Below, piece after piece: positions 45,637 through 54,544 of a stretch of DNA of 64,000 nucleotides (positions are counted from its first letter, which is position 1; the number at the start of each line of letters is the position of its first letter). Source of the stretch: Candidatus Babeliales bacterium. Lineage in GTDB: Bacteria; Babelota; Babeliae; Babelales; JANWKD01. The notes under the pieces were generated by a model that saw nothing but the letters and a program-made list of their open reading frames with translations, did not search any database and was not told the DNA's origin. The DNA is taken from positions 384,001-448,000 of the forward strand of contig CAVXJH010000006.1 in the NCBI GenBank assembly GCA_963762115.1, given 5' to 3'. A program made the translations under genes and the position numbers.

Positions 45637-46086
45637 ATGATAACAATTAAAAACACACAACGTAAAATAACTGTTAATGTTAAGCAATTAGAAAAAGATG
45701 CGCAGACAATTCTGCGCATCTTGCGCTATGAAGATTATGATCTGGGCATTTGGTTAACAACTGATAAGATGATTAGAAAATATAATCGAGAATATCGGCA
45801 CAAAGACAAAGCAACTGATATTCTTTCATTTGCGTATCATGCAACGCTTAAAGCTGGTGAGCGTATTAAGCCAAAAGAAGTGGAAGATAGAAATCTTGGT
45901 GACTTAATTATTTCTGTTGAATATGTGCAGAATGTGGCAGAAGAAATGGATGTTAGTTTGCATAAAAGAATGCAAGTTTTGCTTGTGCATGGTATTTGTC
46001 ATTTGCTTGGGTATGATCATGAAGTTGATGCAGATTATAAGGTGATGCATCGTAAAGAATTGGCGCTTTTGAAGCATTTAAAGTGA
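45637..46086 (+). CDS. ybeY: rRNA maturation endoribonuclease YbeY
   Basis: NREYRHKDKATDILSF, LGDLIIS, HGICHLLGYDH. Confidence 0.95.
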   Translation: MITIKNTQRKITVNVKQLEKDAQTILRILRYEDYDLGIWLTTDKMIRKYNREYRHKDKATDILSFAYHATLKAGERIKPKEVEDRNLGDLIISVEYVQNVAEEMDVSLHKRMQVLLVHGICHLLGYDHEVDADYKVMHRKELALLKHLK

Positions 46087-46134
46087 TAGTAAAAATCGCA
46101 TTTCTCAAAGCTAAAAAAACATTAATGACAGAAA

Positions 46135-46187
46135 TGTCATTCCGAGGCACATTGTGCCGTGGGAACCCAGCCTATAAAATTCTTTTT
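46135..46187 (+). repeat. Module A palindromic arm
   Basis: TGTCATTCCGAGGCACATTGTGCCGTGGGAACCCAGCCTATAAAATTCTTTTT. Confidence 0.85.
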
Positions 46188-46219
46188 AATTTTTTCATAA
46201 TTTTTTTAAATAAAATCTA

Positions 46220-46456
46220 TCGGCCCTATGCGGGCAGCATCCTCCTACGCTTATCCACGCCTTCCGGCTTGGCAAGCTACAGCGGACAGGCCAACCCTTC
46301 GAAGCTTTAGCGCAGTAGGGCCGCGCGAATATGCACCATTCCATTGTTGATGCCTTCAGCATCAAAATTCCAGGTGCACGTCGCACTACCGGACTAACTT
46401 ATTTATAAAAATTTCACCATGCAACATCTATATTATTCCTGCCCGCATAGGGCCGA
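46220..46456. repeat. 237-bp MITE-like structured repeat, copy 3 (B-variable-C-inverted B)
   Basis: Perfect 18-bp terminal inverted repeat TCGGCCCTATGCGGGCAG / CTGCCCGCATAGGGCCGA; contains CGCACTACCGGACTAACTTATTTAT. Confidence 0.85.
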
Positions 46457-46580
46457 AAGATAGAATTAAAATAAGATAAAATTAGAACTCTTTATTAATT
46501 TGTATTTTTTATTCTTTAAAGAGTTGCTATATTAATATTGGAATAAAATGTATCAAAAAATCAATTTAAGAAAGGTTTAT

Positions 46581-46928
46581 ATGAAATTAATAAAATTTTC
46601 TCTTATGCTTAGTATAAGCTTACTACCTTTATGTATGAAGGGAATGGATGAAAAAAAGTTAATAAAAAGTAATGGACCTGAGAATGCAAAAGCTGGCGTA
46701 TACGCCGTATTAGCACATTTTGATGATTTTAATCGGTATGAAGCTAATGGAAAATATAGTAATCAAGTTAAAGAGTATGCAAGGAAACTTAATAGTGCTC
46801 CTTCGGGATTTGATTATCAAGAATTTGAAACTATCATTCGAAACAAATGGTTTGATTGTGTAGCTGAGATATATGAGGCAAGTACTGATAACGTAAAAAA
46901 TGTAATATATTTAAATGATAAAAAATAG
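46581..46928 (+). CDS. Small secreted orphan (MKG-MD motif)
   Basis: MKLIKFSLMLSISLLPLCMKG-MD. Confidence 0.6.
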   Translation: MKLIKFSLMLSISLLPLCMKGMDEKKLIKSNGPENAKAGVYAVLAHFDDFNRYEANGKYSNQVKEYARKLNSAPSGFDYQEFETIIRNKWFDCVAEIYEASTDNVKNVIYLNDKK

Positions 46929-46954
46929 AAAAATATAATAGCCAAAAATACTGA

Positions 46955-46993
46955 AAATAGAGTGTTCATGAATTATAAGTGGGCACTCTATTT
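46955..46993. terminator. Terminator hairpin
   Basis: AAATAGAGTG...CACTCTATTT between convergent genes. Confidence 0.6.
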
Positions 46994-48641
46994 AATCGCC
47001 GCCACCGGAACTTAAGAATCCAAACTTAGCAGCAACAGCCTTGAGTGCAGCATCATCAAAACGTATTCCCATGCCAAAGAATCCATTAGAGTTTTCTTGA
47101 CTGATAAAATCATCAGCACCAAATGCGCAGTAAATGTTTCTCAGTATGAATACTCTATTCATCCATTTAACATGCGGTCTGCTGTCATTAATACGTTGTC
47201 GACCTCTGAAATCAAATAATTCGAAGGTAGTAACCCATCTGAAATTGTCATTATTGAATGGAATTTCAATATCAATACCAACACCAGACCATCCTTCAAT
47301 TAAGCCAAAACGCAATGCAACATCTTTGAATATTTTACCAATTTGAATGCCATAGCGAGGTGCATCAAGAGTACGTTTAATCGTTTCAACTCTACCAACT
47401 AATTCACCAAGAAAATGGGCTCGTTGAAAGAAATCACTTGGTAAAAACTGTTTATCATTTTCATCATACCAATTTTTAACTAATGATTCTCTTTCTAAGT
47501 TACCACGTTGAGAGGTCACTCGTTGTATCATATAAAAATGATCATCGGTGGGATGTATTCTAATATCAATGTATCCTTTTGCTTCTTCAAAAACCATATG
47601 TTCTGCTGGGCGATACATAAATTCACCATGCGCATCAAGAACGATGCTCAATTTATCAATCATGGAGAAATAATTTTTTAAACCGCCAATTGCATATTTT
47701 ATGTCGCTGTATGTTTCATCTTCATTAATGAGTTTACCAAGCAGGCCTTTGCCATCATCAAGTTTTCCAGAAATTGAACTGATATTTTTGAAGCTGTCAG
47801 ATGCTTGAAGCGCTGCATCTTCTAATGCTTCGGTTGTTTTTTCAACTTTTTGAGCAATGCGATTTACATCGCGGTCAAAGACTTCAGACATTCGTTCTAT
47901 GCTTGCCTGAAACGAGGGAAGGAATTCTGATTCCATGCGTTTTGAAAGGCGACCAAAATCATCGCTGAGTGCTGGTATTGATTTTACCATTTCATGAGTA
48001 ATATCACGGACGTCAGTGAGAATATTATTTATATTATTTTCATTGTTTGATAACGTGCGATCAAGTGCGCTAGCAAACGTGGAAATTTTTTCAGCCGCTT
48101 GATTGAGATAACGCATAGTATATTGCAATTCGCTTTTTCCTTCAGCGCCACCAAATGTTTCCTGTAATGATGCGGTTACATCAACAACATGTCCTGCAAT
48201 AGTATGTACTTTGTGCAAAATATCATCGATAGAAACTGCTGCATGAGCAGGTCTTACTAATTCATGACCTTCGGGTAAAGCAGGAAGTGAAGAATCTCCC
48301 GGTATAATTTCAAGGTATTTGGTGCCAAGAAGGCCTTCTTGACGTACTTTGGCTGATGCATCGGTGTGTAATATATATTGTTTGAGAATCATAATATATG
48401 CTTTTGCCAAATAGTTTTCACCTTCAAGTAATTCTATTCGATCTACCCACCCGACGATGACGCCAGCAATTTTGACTTCAGCTTTTCTATCAAGTCCGCC
48501 AATATCATGAAATTTAACGACTTGAAGTTTATAATTACCTTTATGCAATCTGAAAACGCCTAATTGCAAGGTCATATAAAAGAAAATTCCCAAAGCAAGT
48601 ATGACGAATATTCCAACGCGTGTTTCTGTTTTGATCTGCAA
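46992..48641 (-). CDS. mlaD: Long MCE/MlaD protein (TM, MCE domain, helical stalk, beta-rich C-terminus)
   Basis: ETRVGIFV, GLDRKAEVKIAGVIVGWV, GLLGTKYLEIIPG, GLLGKLINEDETY. Confidence 0.88.
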   Translation of the reverse strand: MQIKTETRVGIFVILALGIFFYMTLQLGVFRLHKGNYKLQVVKFHDIGGLDRKAEVKIAGVIVGWVDRIELLEGENYLAKAYIMILKQYILHTDASAKVRQEGLLGTKYLEIIPGDSSLPALPEGHELVRPAHAAVSIDDILHKVHTIAGHVVDVTASLQETFGGAEGKSELQYTMRYLNQAAEKISTFASALDRTLSNNENNINNILTDVRDITHEMVKSIPALSDDFGRLSKRMESEFLPSFQASIERMSEVFDRDVNRIAQKVEKTTEALEDAALQASDSFKNISSISGKLDDGKGLLGKLINEDETYSDIKYAIGGLKNYFSMIDKLSIVLDAHGEFMYRPAEHMVFEEAKGYIDIRIHPTDDHFYMIQRVTSQRGNLERESLVKNWYDENDKQFLPSDFFQRAHFLGELVGRVETIKRTLDAPRYGIQIGKIFKDVALRFGLIEGWSGVGIDIEIPFNNDNFRWVTTFELFDFRGRQRINDSRPHVKWMNRVFILRNIYCAFGADDFISQENSNGFFGMGIRFDDAALKAVAAKFGFLSSGGGD

Positions 48642-48659
48642 AGTACTATCCTTTTTGGA

Positions 48660-49757
48660 TTACAACCAATAGAGTTTCTTTATGGTATAAGGAACCTGAG
48701 CATTTTTATTCCGTTCAATAATTGCAAAAACTTTTTGTGTTATATTTCCTACAATACCATAGGACAGTATACCAAATGTTTTTGCTTCAAAGTTTTGTGC
48801 TAACAAACTAGTAAAATCAGTAGGCACGGCTTTTAATTCTTTTCCATAGAGTTTTTGTAATACTTTTTCCCATGTTATTTTTATATCTCCTTCGATAGAT
48901 TTCATTCCCTTCAGGAGTTGTTCAATTTCTTTTTCTCGTGCTGGCACATCACCTGTTTCAGCGCGCTTTAATCCAACTATGGCGCAAATTGAATCCGAAA
49001 GCAACCAAGGATTTAATGTTTTGGTACCTGACCATAGCGTAAGTATATCCATTAAGTACACGGGCCTTTGCTCCTTTTTTGTGCCTTTTAGTGCAGGCGG
49101 CTCGTAAAATAGTGCTTCTTTAAATGCCTCGCGAAATTCTTTTATTGAAAGAAGTTCGGTGACATCATTCAACTTATACTGCCTCTGTTTTAAAAACTTT
49201 TCAAATAGTTCGAATAAGTCTTTGCCCCCTGCAGTTTTTTTCATGCTATTAAAGAGCGCTTTAAATATCTTTTTTCCATCAAGTGATGTTGCACCTTCGC
49301 CAATAAATTTTTTTTTGCCGAAGTCATACCATTGATTAATATCTATTTTACCATCTTCGCAAGTAATGCAAAGCCTGATCTCACCATCTAATCCATCAAT
49401 TTCTTCTTTGAGAGTGAATGATTGCCATCTATTGAGTGCCGGCATACTCTTTTTCAAGAGTTCTATGTTTGGATCTTTTTTTTCTTCGGCATCTTTTTGC
49501 TGAGCGGTCTGTGTTTTTTCGTTTGATTTTTTTTCTTCGGGTTTTGGTATGGTGAGCATACTTATTGCTAATTCAATACCGCCCTTTGCTAATGTTTTGG
49601 CTTTTTCGCGTTCAATCATGGTGCGATTAAAATAAAAATGTATTGTACTATTTTGAAAAAGTTGTGTAACGAGCATGACGATCATGCTTAAGATCATAAG
49701 GGTAAGGACGAGAATAAAGCCTGATTGCTGATGTGCAGAATGAGGAGATTTATTCAT
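48660..49757 (-). CDS. gspK: Type II secretion minor pseudopilin GspK
   Basis: SG-FILVLTL leader, ITCEDGKIDIN, TELLSIK; operon position. Confidence 0.8.
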   Translation of the reverse strand: MNKSPHSAHQQSGFILVLTLMILSMIVMLVTQLFQNSTIHFYFNRTMIEREKAKTLAKGGIELAISMLTIPKPEEKKSNEKTQTAQQKDAEEKKDPNIELLKKSMPALNRWQSFTLKEEIDGLDGEIRLCITCEDGKIDINQWYDFGKKKFIGEGATSLDGKKIFKALFNSMKKTAGGKDLFELFEKFLKQRQYKLNDVTELLSIKEFREAFKEALFYEPPALKGTKKEQRPVYLMDILTLWSGTKTLNPWLLSDSICAIVGLKRAETGDVPAREKEIEQLLKGMKSIEGDIKITWEKVLQKLYGKELKAVPTDFTSLLAQNFEAKTFGILSYGIVGNITQKVFAIIERNKNAQVPYTIKKLYWL

Positions 49758-49773
49758 GAACGATCCTTACTGT

Positions 49774-50694
49774 TTATGGTTTTGGGGGTGTGTTAGGTAT
49801 TTTACCAGTTTGATTTAAATTTTTTTGCGGTTTTTCTTTATCAGATTTTTTTTCTTGTTGCGATGTATCATTAAAAGAGGCAATTGCATAGTTTAATATA
49901 AATTTTTGCGATTGACGATGATGAAGATCCCATAGTTCAAGAATGATGTTTATACATTGTGGAATTTTAGGGATCGTTTCTTTTTCTTTGGCGGGTAGAT
50001 TTTCTTTTCCCCATTCTTTAACCATTTTAAACGTGATTGGTTGTTGTTCTGGTTTTGCGTCTTGAGGATTAGATTCTTTTGTTTCTTTTTTCCCCTCTGG
50101 TTTTGAAGGCTCAGGATAGCGGTATTCTACTTGAAGAGATTTAATATTTTGAGTAAGTTCATAAGCGCGAATTCCTTGTTTCCCTTTAATTTCAAAGTCT
50201 TTTAAATCAAGATTGGTTGCTTCTTGACGAGTAAGGGCAAAAGATGTTTTATCTTCGTTGGGCACCAGTTTATAGACAACGCGTACCATGCGAGAAGTGG
50301 GACCTTCTTTGTGATACATTTGCAAAGGATTATTAGTTATGAATGAGAGAAGTTGTAATGAGGTATCTTTGTTGGAGCTAATAAAAATATCTTTAATTTC
50401 TTTTTGTGGAGATTCTTTTTCTTGTTCAGGTGCCTTTGCCGGTTGTTTTGCGTTTGGTGCTGCTGCAATGGTTGTTGTAGTGGTGCTTGAAAGTTGCAAG
50501 GGAACAAAAATGCCAGAAAAATCATTTTCAAGTTGATGTGCTACAAGAGCAATATGCACATCAATATTGATAATATCATCACTCGCTTTAATCACTTTCC
50601 CGGTAACATAAAAACTGGAATAAAGAGCAAGTAAGATAATGCTTGAAATTAACAAACCAATAATAAGTTCAATAAGGGTAAACCCAGACCTCAT
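49774..50694 (-). CDS. gspJ: Type II secretion minor pseudopilin GspJ
   Basis: MRSG-FTLIEL prepilin motif; operon position. Confidence 0.8.
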   Translation of the reverse strand: MRSGFTLIELIIGLLISSIILLALYSSFYVTGKVIKASDDIINIDVHIALVAHQLENDFSGIFVPLQLSSTTTTTIAAAPNAKQPAKAPEQEKESPQKEIKDIFISSNKDTSLQLLSFITNNPLQMYHKEGPTSRMVRVVYKLVPNEDKTSFALTRQEATNLDLKDFEIKGKQGIRAYELTQNIKSLQVEYRYPEPSKPEGKKETKESNPQDAKPEQQPITFKMVKEWGKENLPAKEKETIPKIPQCINIILELWDLHHRQSQKFILNYAIASFNDTSQQEKKSDKEKPQKNLNQTGKIPNTPPKP

Positions 50695-51119
50695 GCTTTT
50701 TCTTTCTCTTTTGTTGGCTGTTGATATAAAAAAGTGATGAGCGTTTCTTTATTTTCTCGTAGTACGCCTGACCATGTTGCCTCAGCTTTTTCAATGATGA
50801 TATCAGCAAATGGTGCAAGAGCAGAATTTTGAGGAACTTTTTGTGTTGAATAACGCAGGGTTGTTTCAATAATTTCAGAAACTTTTTTTTCTTCTTGTGC
50901 ATAACCTTTATTTTGTGCTCGTGCATAGGCAGCATCAAATAAAACATTTTTCAAGAGCAAAACAGCCCTTAAGCGTTCAGAATATTTCACAATGCTGGTG
51001 AAGCTGCTATTTTGTAATCCTAAGGCAGCAGTTAGCATGATGCCGAGCATTAAGACAGCAAGCACTATTTCGATGAAGGTGAATCCATCACCATTGTTAT
51101 GGTTTTTGAAATGTATCAT
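50691..51119 (-). CDS. gspI: Type II secretion minor pseudopilin GspI
   Basis: DG-FTFIEIVL prepilin motif; operon position. Confidence 0.75.
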   Translation of the reverse strand: MIHFKNHNNGDGFTFIEIVLAVLMLGIMLTAALGLQNSSFTSIVKYSERLRAVLLLKNVLFDAAYARAQNKGYAQEEKKVSEIIETTLRYSTQKVPQNSALAPFADIIIEKAEATWSGVLRENKETLITFLYQQPTKEKEKA

Positions 51120-51639
51120 ATACTTTGAACTGTACAATAAAAGGATTGAGCACTAAACCTAAAGGAACTTCTTTTTGTTCGCCAACGTCAACAACATTGA
51201 TAATAACATCCTGTCCTAATCCTTCTGGCGTTACAAAAATCCAAATTTTATCGATTTTTTTACTTTCTTTTAAACCTTCAATAATAAATTCTCGTATTTC
51301 AAGATTTTTATCCCATGTGTAGGTTGTTTTTCGGTAGGCACCACTTACATTTTGGAAGGTAGTTTTTCCTTTTTCATCTTGTTTTGTTTCAACTTCAATC
51401 TTAATCGTTCTTGTATCAAAATCAAACAAAACGCGATGCAATTGATTGGTGCTGAGTGCATGTTCCCAGGTGATTGCCATGAGCGCGTTTAATTCGGTTA
51501 CAAACTGTTTTCGTTTGTAACCAGGAGCTTGTTGCAAAAGATTCGGAACAACAATGGTTGCCATCACGCCAATAATCATGATGACAACCAATATTTCTAT
51601 AAGCGAAAAACCAACTAGTTTTTTAGACTTCCCAAACAC
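51097..51639 (-). CDS. gspH: Type II secretion minor pseudopilin GspH
   Basis: VG-FSLIEILVV prepilin motif; VTPEG. Confidence 0.78.
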   Translation of the reverse strand: MFGKSKKLVGFSLIEILVVIMIIGVMATIVVPNLLQQAPGYKRKQFVTELNALMAITWEHALSTNQLHRVLFDFDTRTIKIEVETKQDEKGKTTFQNVSGAYRKTTYTWDKNLEIREFIIEGLKESKKIDKIWIFVTPEGLGQDVIINVVDVGEQKEVPLGLVLNPFIVQFKVYDTFQKP

Positions 51640-52060
51640 TTATGTGTTCCTCTTCAGGGCTTTCTTCACCATTTGGACCATAAGAAAATAGATCATAAGG
51701 ATGTTTGCCGCCCGGTGTTATTTTATAGTAGAAATCATGGCTCCAACCATCTTGCGGTGTTTTTGTCTTTGATAAATAAGGCCCTTGCCATTTTTTGGCT
51801 ACCGCTTTTGGTGCTTCGATTAAATCTTCAAGTTGTTTTGGATAGGCGCCAACGTCGGCCTTATATAAATCAAGTGATTGACTAAGAGCATTCATGCTTG
51901 AAATTGTACTGGTTCTGCTTGCACGTTTTAAATAATTAAGGGCGCCGGTGCCAACAACAGCAGCTAAAATGCCCATAATGAGTACAGCAACAAGAATTTC
52001 AATAAGACTGAATCCATCTTGGGCATGTGATCTGTGTGAATGAGAGTCTTGATATGTCAT
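51623..52060 (-). CDS. gspG: Type II secretion major pseudopilin GspG
   Basis: DG-FSLIEIL, LDLYKADVGAYP, WQGPYL, DGWSHDFYY, LFSYGPNG. Confidence 0.93.
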   Translation of the reverse strand: MTYQDSHSHRSHAQDGFSLIEILVAVLIMGILAAVVGTGALNYLKRASRTSTISSMNALSQSLDLYKADVGAYPKQLEDLIEAPKAVAKKWQGPYLSKTKTPQDGWSHDFYYKITPGGKHPYDLFSYGPNGEESPEEEHISVWEV

Positions 52061-52080
52061 AAATAAAAATCCTTTCATGA

Positions 52081-53307
52081 TTATTGTTTTATTATTTCCT
52101 CTGTACCTACCATATTTGTCATAGGCATTACAATTGATAAAACTATAAAACCGACAACAACGGCCATGATGATTAACATAACCGGTTCTAAAGCAGCTGA
52201 CAAATTATCAGAAAAATCGGCTAAATCATCTTCATAGTTTTTTGCAACAGTGAGTAACATAAAATCGAGTTGTCCACTTTCCTCACCCGTTTTAAGCAAA
52301 TAAATTGCAATGGGGGGAAAGATATTTGTTTGTTTCAAGTACTCAGTTATTTTACCTTGTTTGATAATTTTGTCTCGTGCTTCATTGAGCGCGTCTTTGA
52401 GAATGCGATTATCAATAATTTTTACGACAATATCGAGTGATTCAGAAAGATTAACGCCACTTTCAATAAGCAAGCCTAAGGTGCGACTAAATTGAACCAC
52501 GGCGCCCATACGCGTGAAAAATCGTATGACGGGAATTTTTAATTTTATTTTATCAATGGTGCGCGCACCACTTGGTGTTTTGCTCCAAAAGCGATAGGAA
52601 AACACAATGCAAATAATGGTGCCAATAATCAAGAGATAATATGAGCGGAAAATATCTGATAGCCCCATGAGCATTCGGGTTGGTAGGGGTAATGCGTTAC
52701 CTTGTGAGGTGAATGTTTCTGCTAATTTTGGAATAACAAACGTAACCAACGCAACCACCACAAGAACAATAACGCCAAGTTGCATAAGAGGATATGAAAG
52801 TGCTGCTTTGACTTTTTTCACGAGCGCAGCACGCTTTTCCATATAGTCAACTAAGCGCAGTAAAATTGTTTCTAATTTACCACTTGCTTCACCAGCACGC
52901 ACTAGTTGAATATAAATAGTATCAAATACTTTTGGGTATCGACTCAAGCCATCAGCAAATGATTTACCTTCTTTAATACCATCTTTAATGCTAATTAATA
53001 TTGAGCGGAGTGTTCCCTCAAATTGTTCAACCAATAATTCAATAGCTTGTAATAAAGGAACGCCAGATTTTAAGAGCACTGCAAGTTGTTTGGTAAATAA
53101 GATTTTATCTTTGAGGGAAATTGATGGTGTAAAGATGCTTTTATACCAAGGAAGTGTTTCGCTTTGGCTTTTTGCAAGCTCAATTTTACTGGGGTACATT
53201 CCCGTTCTTACCAGCTGTTGTCGCACAGCTTCTTGTGAGGGTGCATCAAGGATTCCGGTCGTCCTTTTACCATCTTTTGTGTAAGCTTGGTAACTATATA
53301 ACGCCAT
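52081..53307 (-). CDS. gspF: Type II secretion platform protein GspF (PilC family)
   Basis: FTKQLAVLLKSGVPL, AGEASGKL, ALSYP, TGEESGQL, LEPV. Confidence 0.93.
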   Translation of the reverse strand: MALYSYQAYTKDGKRTTGILDAPSQEAVRQQLVRTGMYPSKIELAKSQSETLPWYKSIFTPSISLKDKILFTKQLAVLLKSGVPLLQAIELLVEQFEGTLRSILISIKDGIKEGKSFADGLSRYPKVFDTIYIQLVRAGEASGKLETILLRLVDYMEKRAALVKKVKAALSYPLMQLGVIVLVVVALVTFVIPKLAETFTSQGNALPLPTRMLMGLSDIFRSYYLLIIGTIICIVFSYRFWSKTPSGARTIDKIKLKIPVIRFFTRMGAVVQFSRTLGLLIESGVNLSESLDIVVKIIDNRILKDALNEARDKIIKQGKITEYLKQTNIFPPIAIYLLKTGEESGQLDFMLLTVAKNYEDDLADFSDNLSAALEPVMLIIMAVVVGFIVLSIVMPMTNMVGTEEIIKQ

Positions 53308-53436
53308 TTTTATATTCCTTTACCATTCGGATACTTTACCTATTTCAGAATCACGTTGTATAAAAATTTTTTTTCATGTTATTCTACAATTTATTTATTG
53401 TATATTTTAGTATACTTATTCTCATAGGGAGTTGCT

Positions 53437-54426
53437 ATGAAAATTACAACACCTTTTGTCTTTGCCATTATTACCGCATTTAGTCTTACTTTAAAATCGG
53501 TTGATTATCAACATCATTATTTTGGCAAACAAAATGATCCTTCATATCTTTTTTGCGCACCAATTCAGTTTACCCGTAATGGTATGCATTATTATTTACA
53601 AACAATTTTTAATGATCCATCATATGCTCAGGATTTTTTACCCTATTCACTCACTCACTTTATTCAATTCTTAGAGCATGGTAAAGAGATGCAGCAAAGT
53701 AGTGCCTTTATAGAATATGCTCTGCGCCTTTTTTGTAATAAAATAAAAGCAGCACCCTATATTTCCGCTCCTGCTTTTTCAGATATGCTTAGCAAAGCAC
53801 CAATTTTGATTAAAAAATATGCATTAAATACGTATGAAGAAATTAATTTTGATCAGATTCAAAACGCAATAAAAAATAGTATGTATGATATGTTTTTAAC
53901 GCGATTTACGGTGTTTAAACAAGAACCTGAAAAATTTCTTAATGATTTATCACATGATTTGGTAAAAAAAGTTGAAATAATCTATTCAATTGATGAAAGA
54001 ATTGCTCAGGAACGATTAATACAAATGTTCATTCGCTTTCTTGATAGCAGTACGCTTAAACTTATGTGGAATTCTCGTGATGAAATGCGCGTGTGGGATT
54101 CGGTCAAAAAAATTGCAAATCAATTTGCTGATCTTGTGCAGGAAGATATTCTGAATCGTGATGATTTGGATGATCTTTATCGATCGCTTATTGAAAGGTT
54201 CTGTTATTTCCTTGATTTGACTGGTTCAGACCTTTCAATCGATGTTATAAAACAAATCAAAGAAGACATCATTGCCGATGAGCTTTTATTATTTACGCTT
54301 GAAGAGCAAGAAGATTTAATTGAATCTCGTGCAGAACGTATGATGCAAGCTGTTTTGCAAACTGAAGCAAAAATTGAAGCTAAAAAATATGGCATGATTA
54401 CTGATATGCTGGTTTATAATAAATAA
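53437..54426 (+). CDS. Secreted helical hypothetical protein
   Basis: GGGGAG RBS, signal peptide, 329-aa ORF. Confidence 0.7.
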   Translation: MKITTPFVFAIITAFSLTLKSVDYQHHYFGKQNDPSYLFCAPIQFTRNGMHYYLQTIFNDPSYAQDFLPYSLTHFIQFLEHGKEMQQSSAFIEYALRLFCNKIKAAPYISAPAFSDMLSKAPILIKKYALNTYEEINFDQIQNAIKNSMYDMFLTRFTVFKQEPEKFLNDLSHDLVKKVEIIYSIDERIAQERLIQMFIRFLDSSTLKLMWNSRDEMRVWDSVKKIANQFADLVQEDILNRDDLDDLYRSLIERFCYFLDLTGSDLSIDVIKQIKEDIIADELLLFTLEEQEDLIESRAERMMQAVLQTEAKIEAKKYGMITDMLVYNK

Positions 54427-54544
54427 TAAAAAATTCTTGTTTTTGTTAAGGCTATTTTAAATTACATTGCATGATTGTAGTGCCGTATATTTGATCTTTA
54501 TCTTCTTTGGATAATCCTCATCTATGCATTCAGAAAAAGAGGAA

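Noticed and set aside
46083..46386. ORFs 46083-46310 and 46195-46386
   Set aside because: Translations of the palindromic repeat modules with no coding evidence
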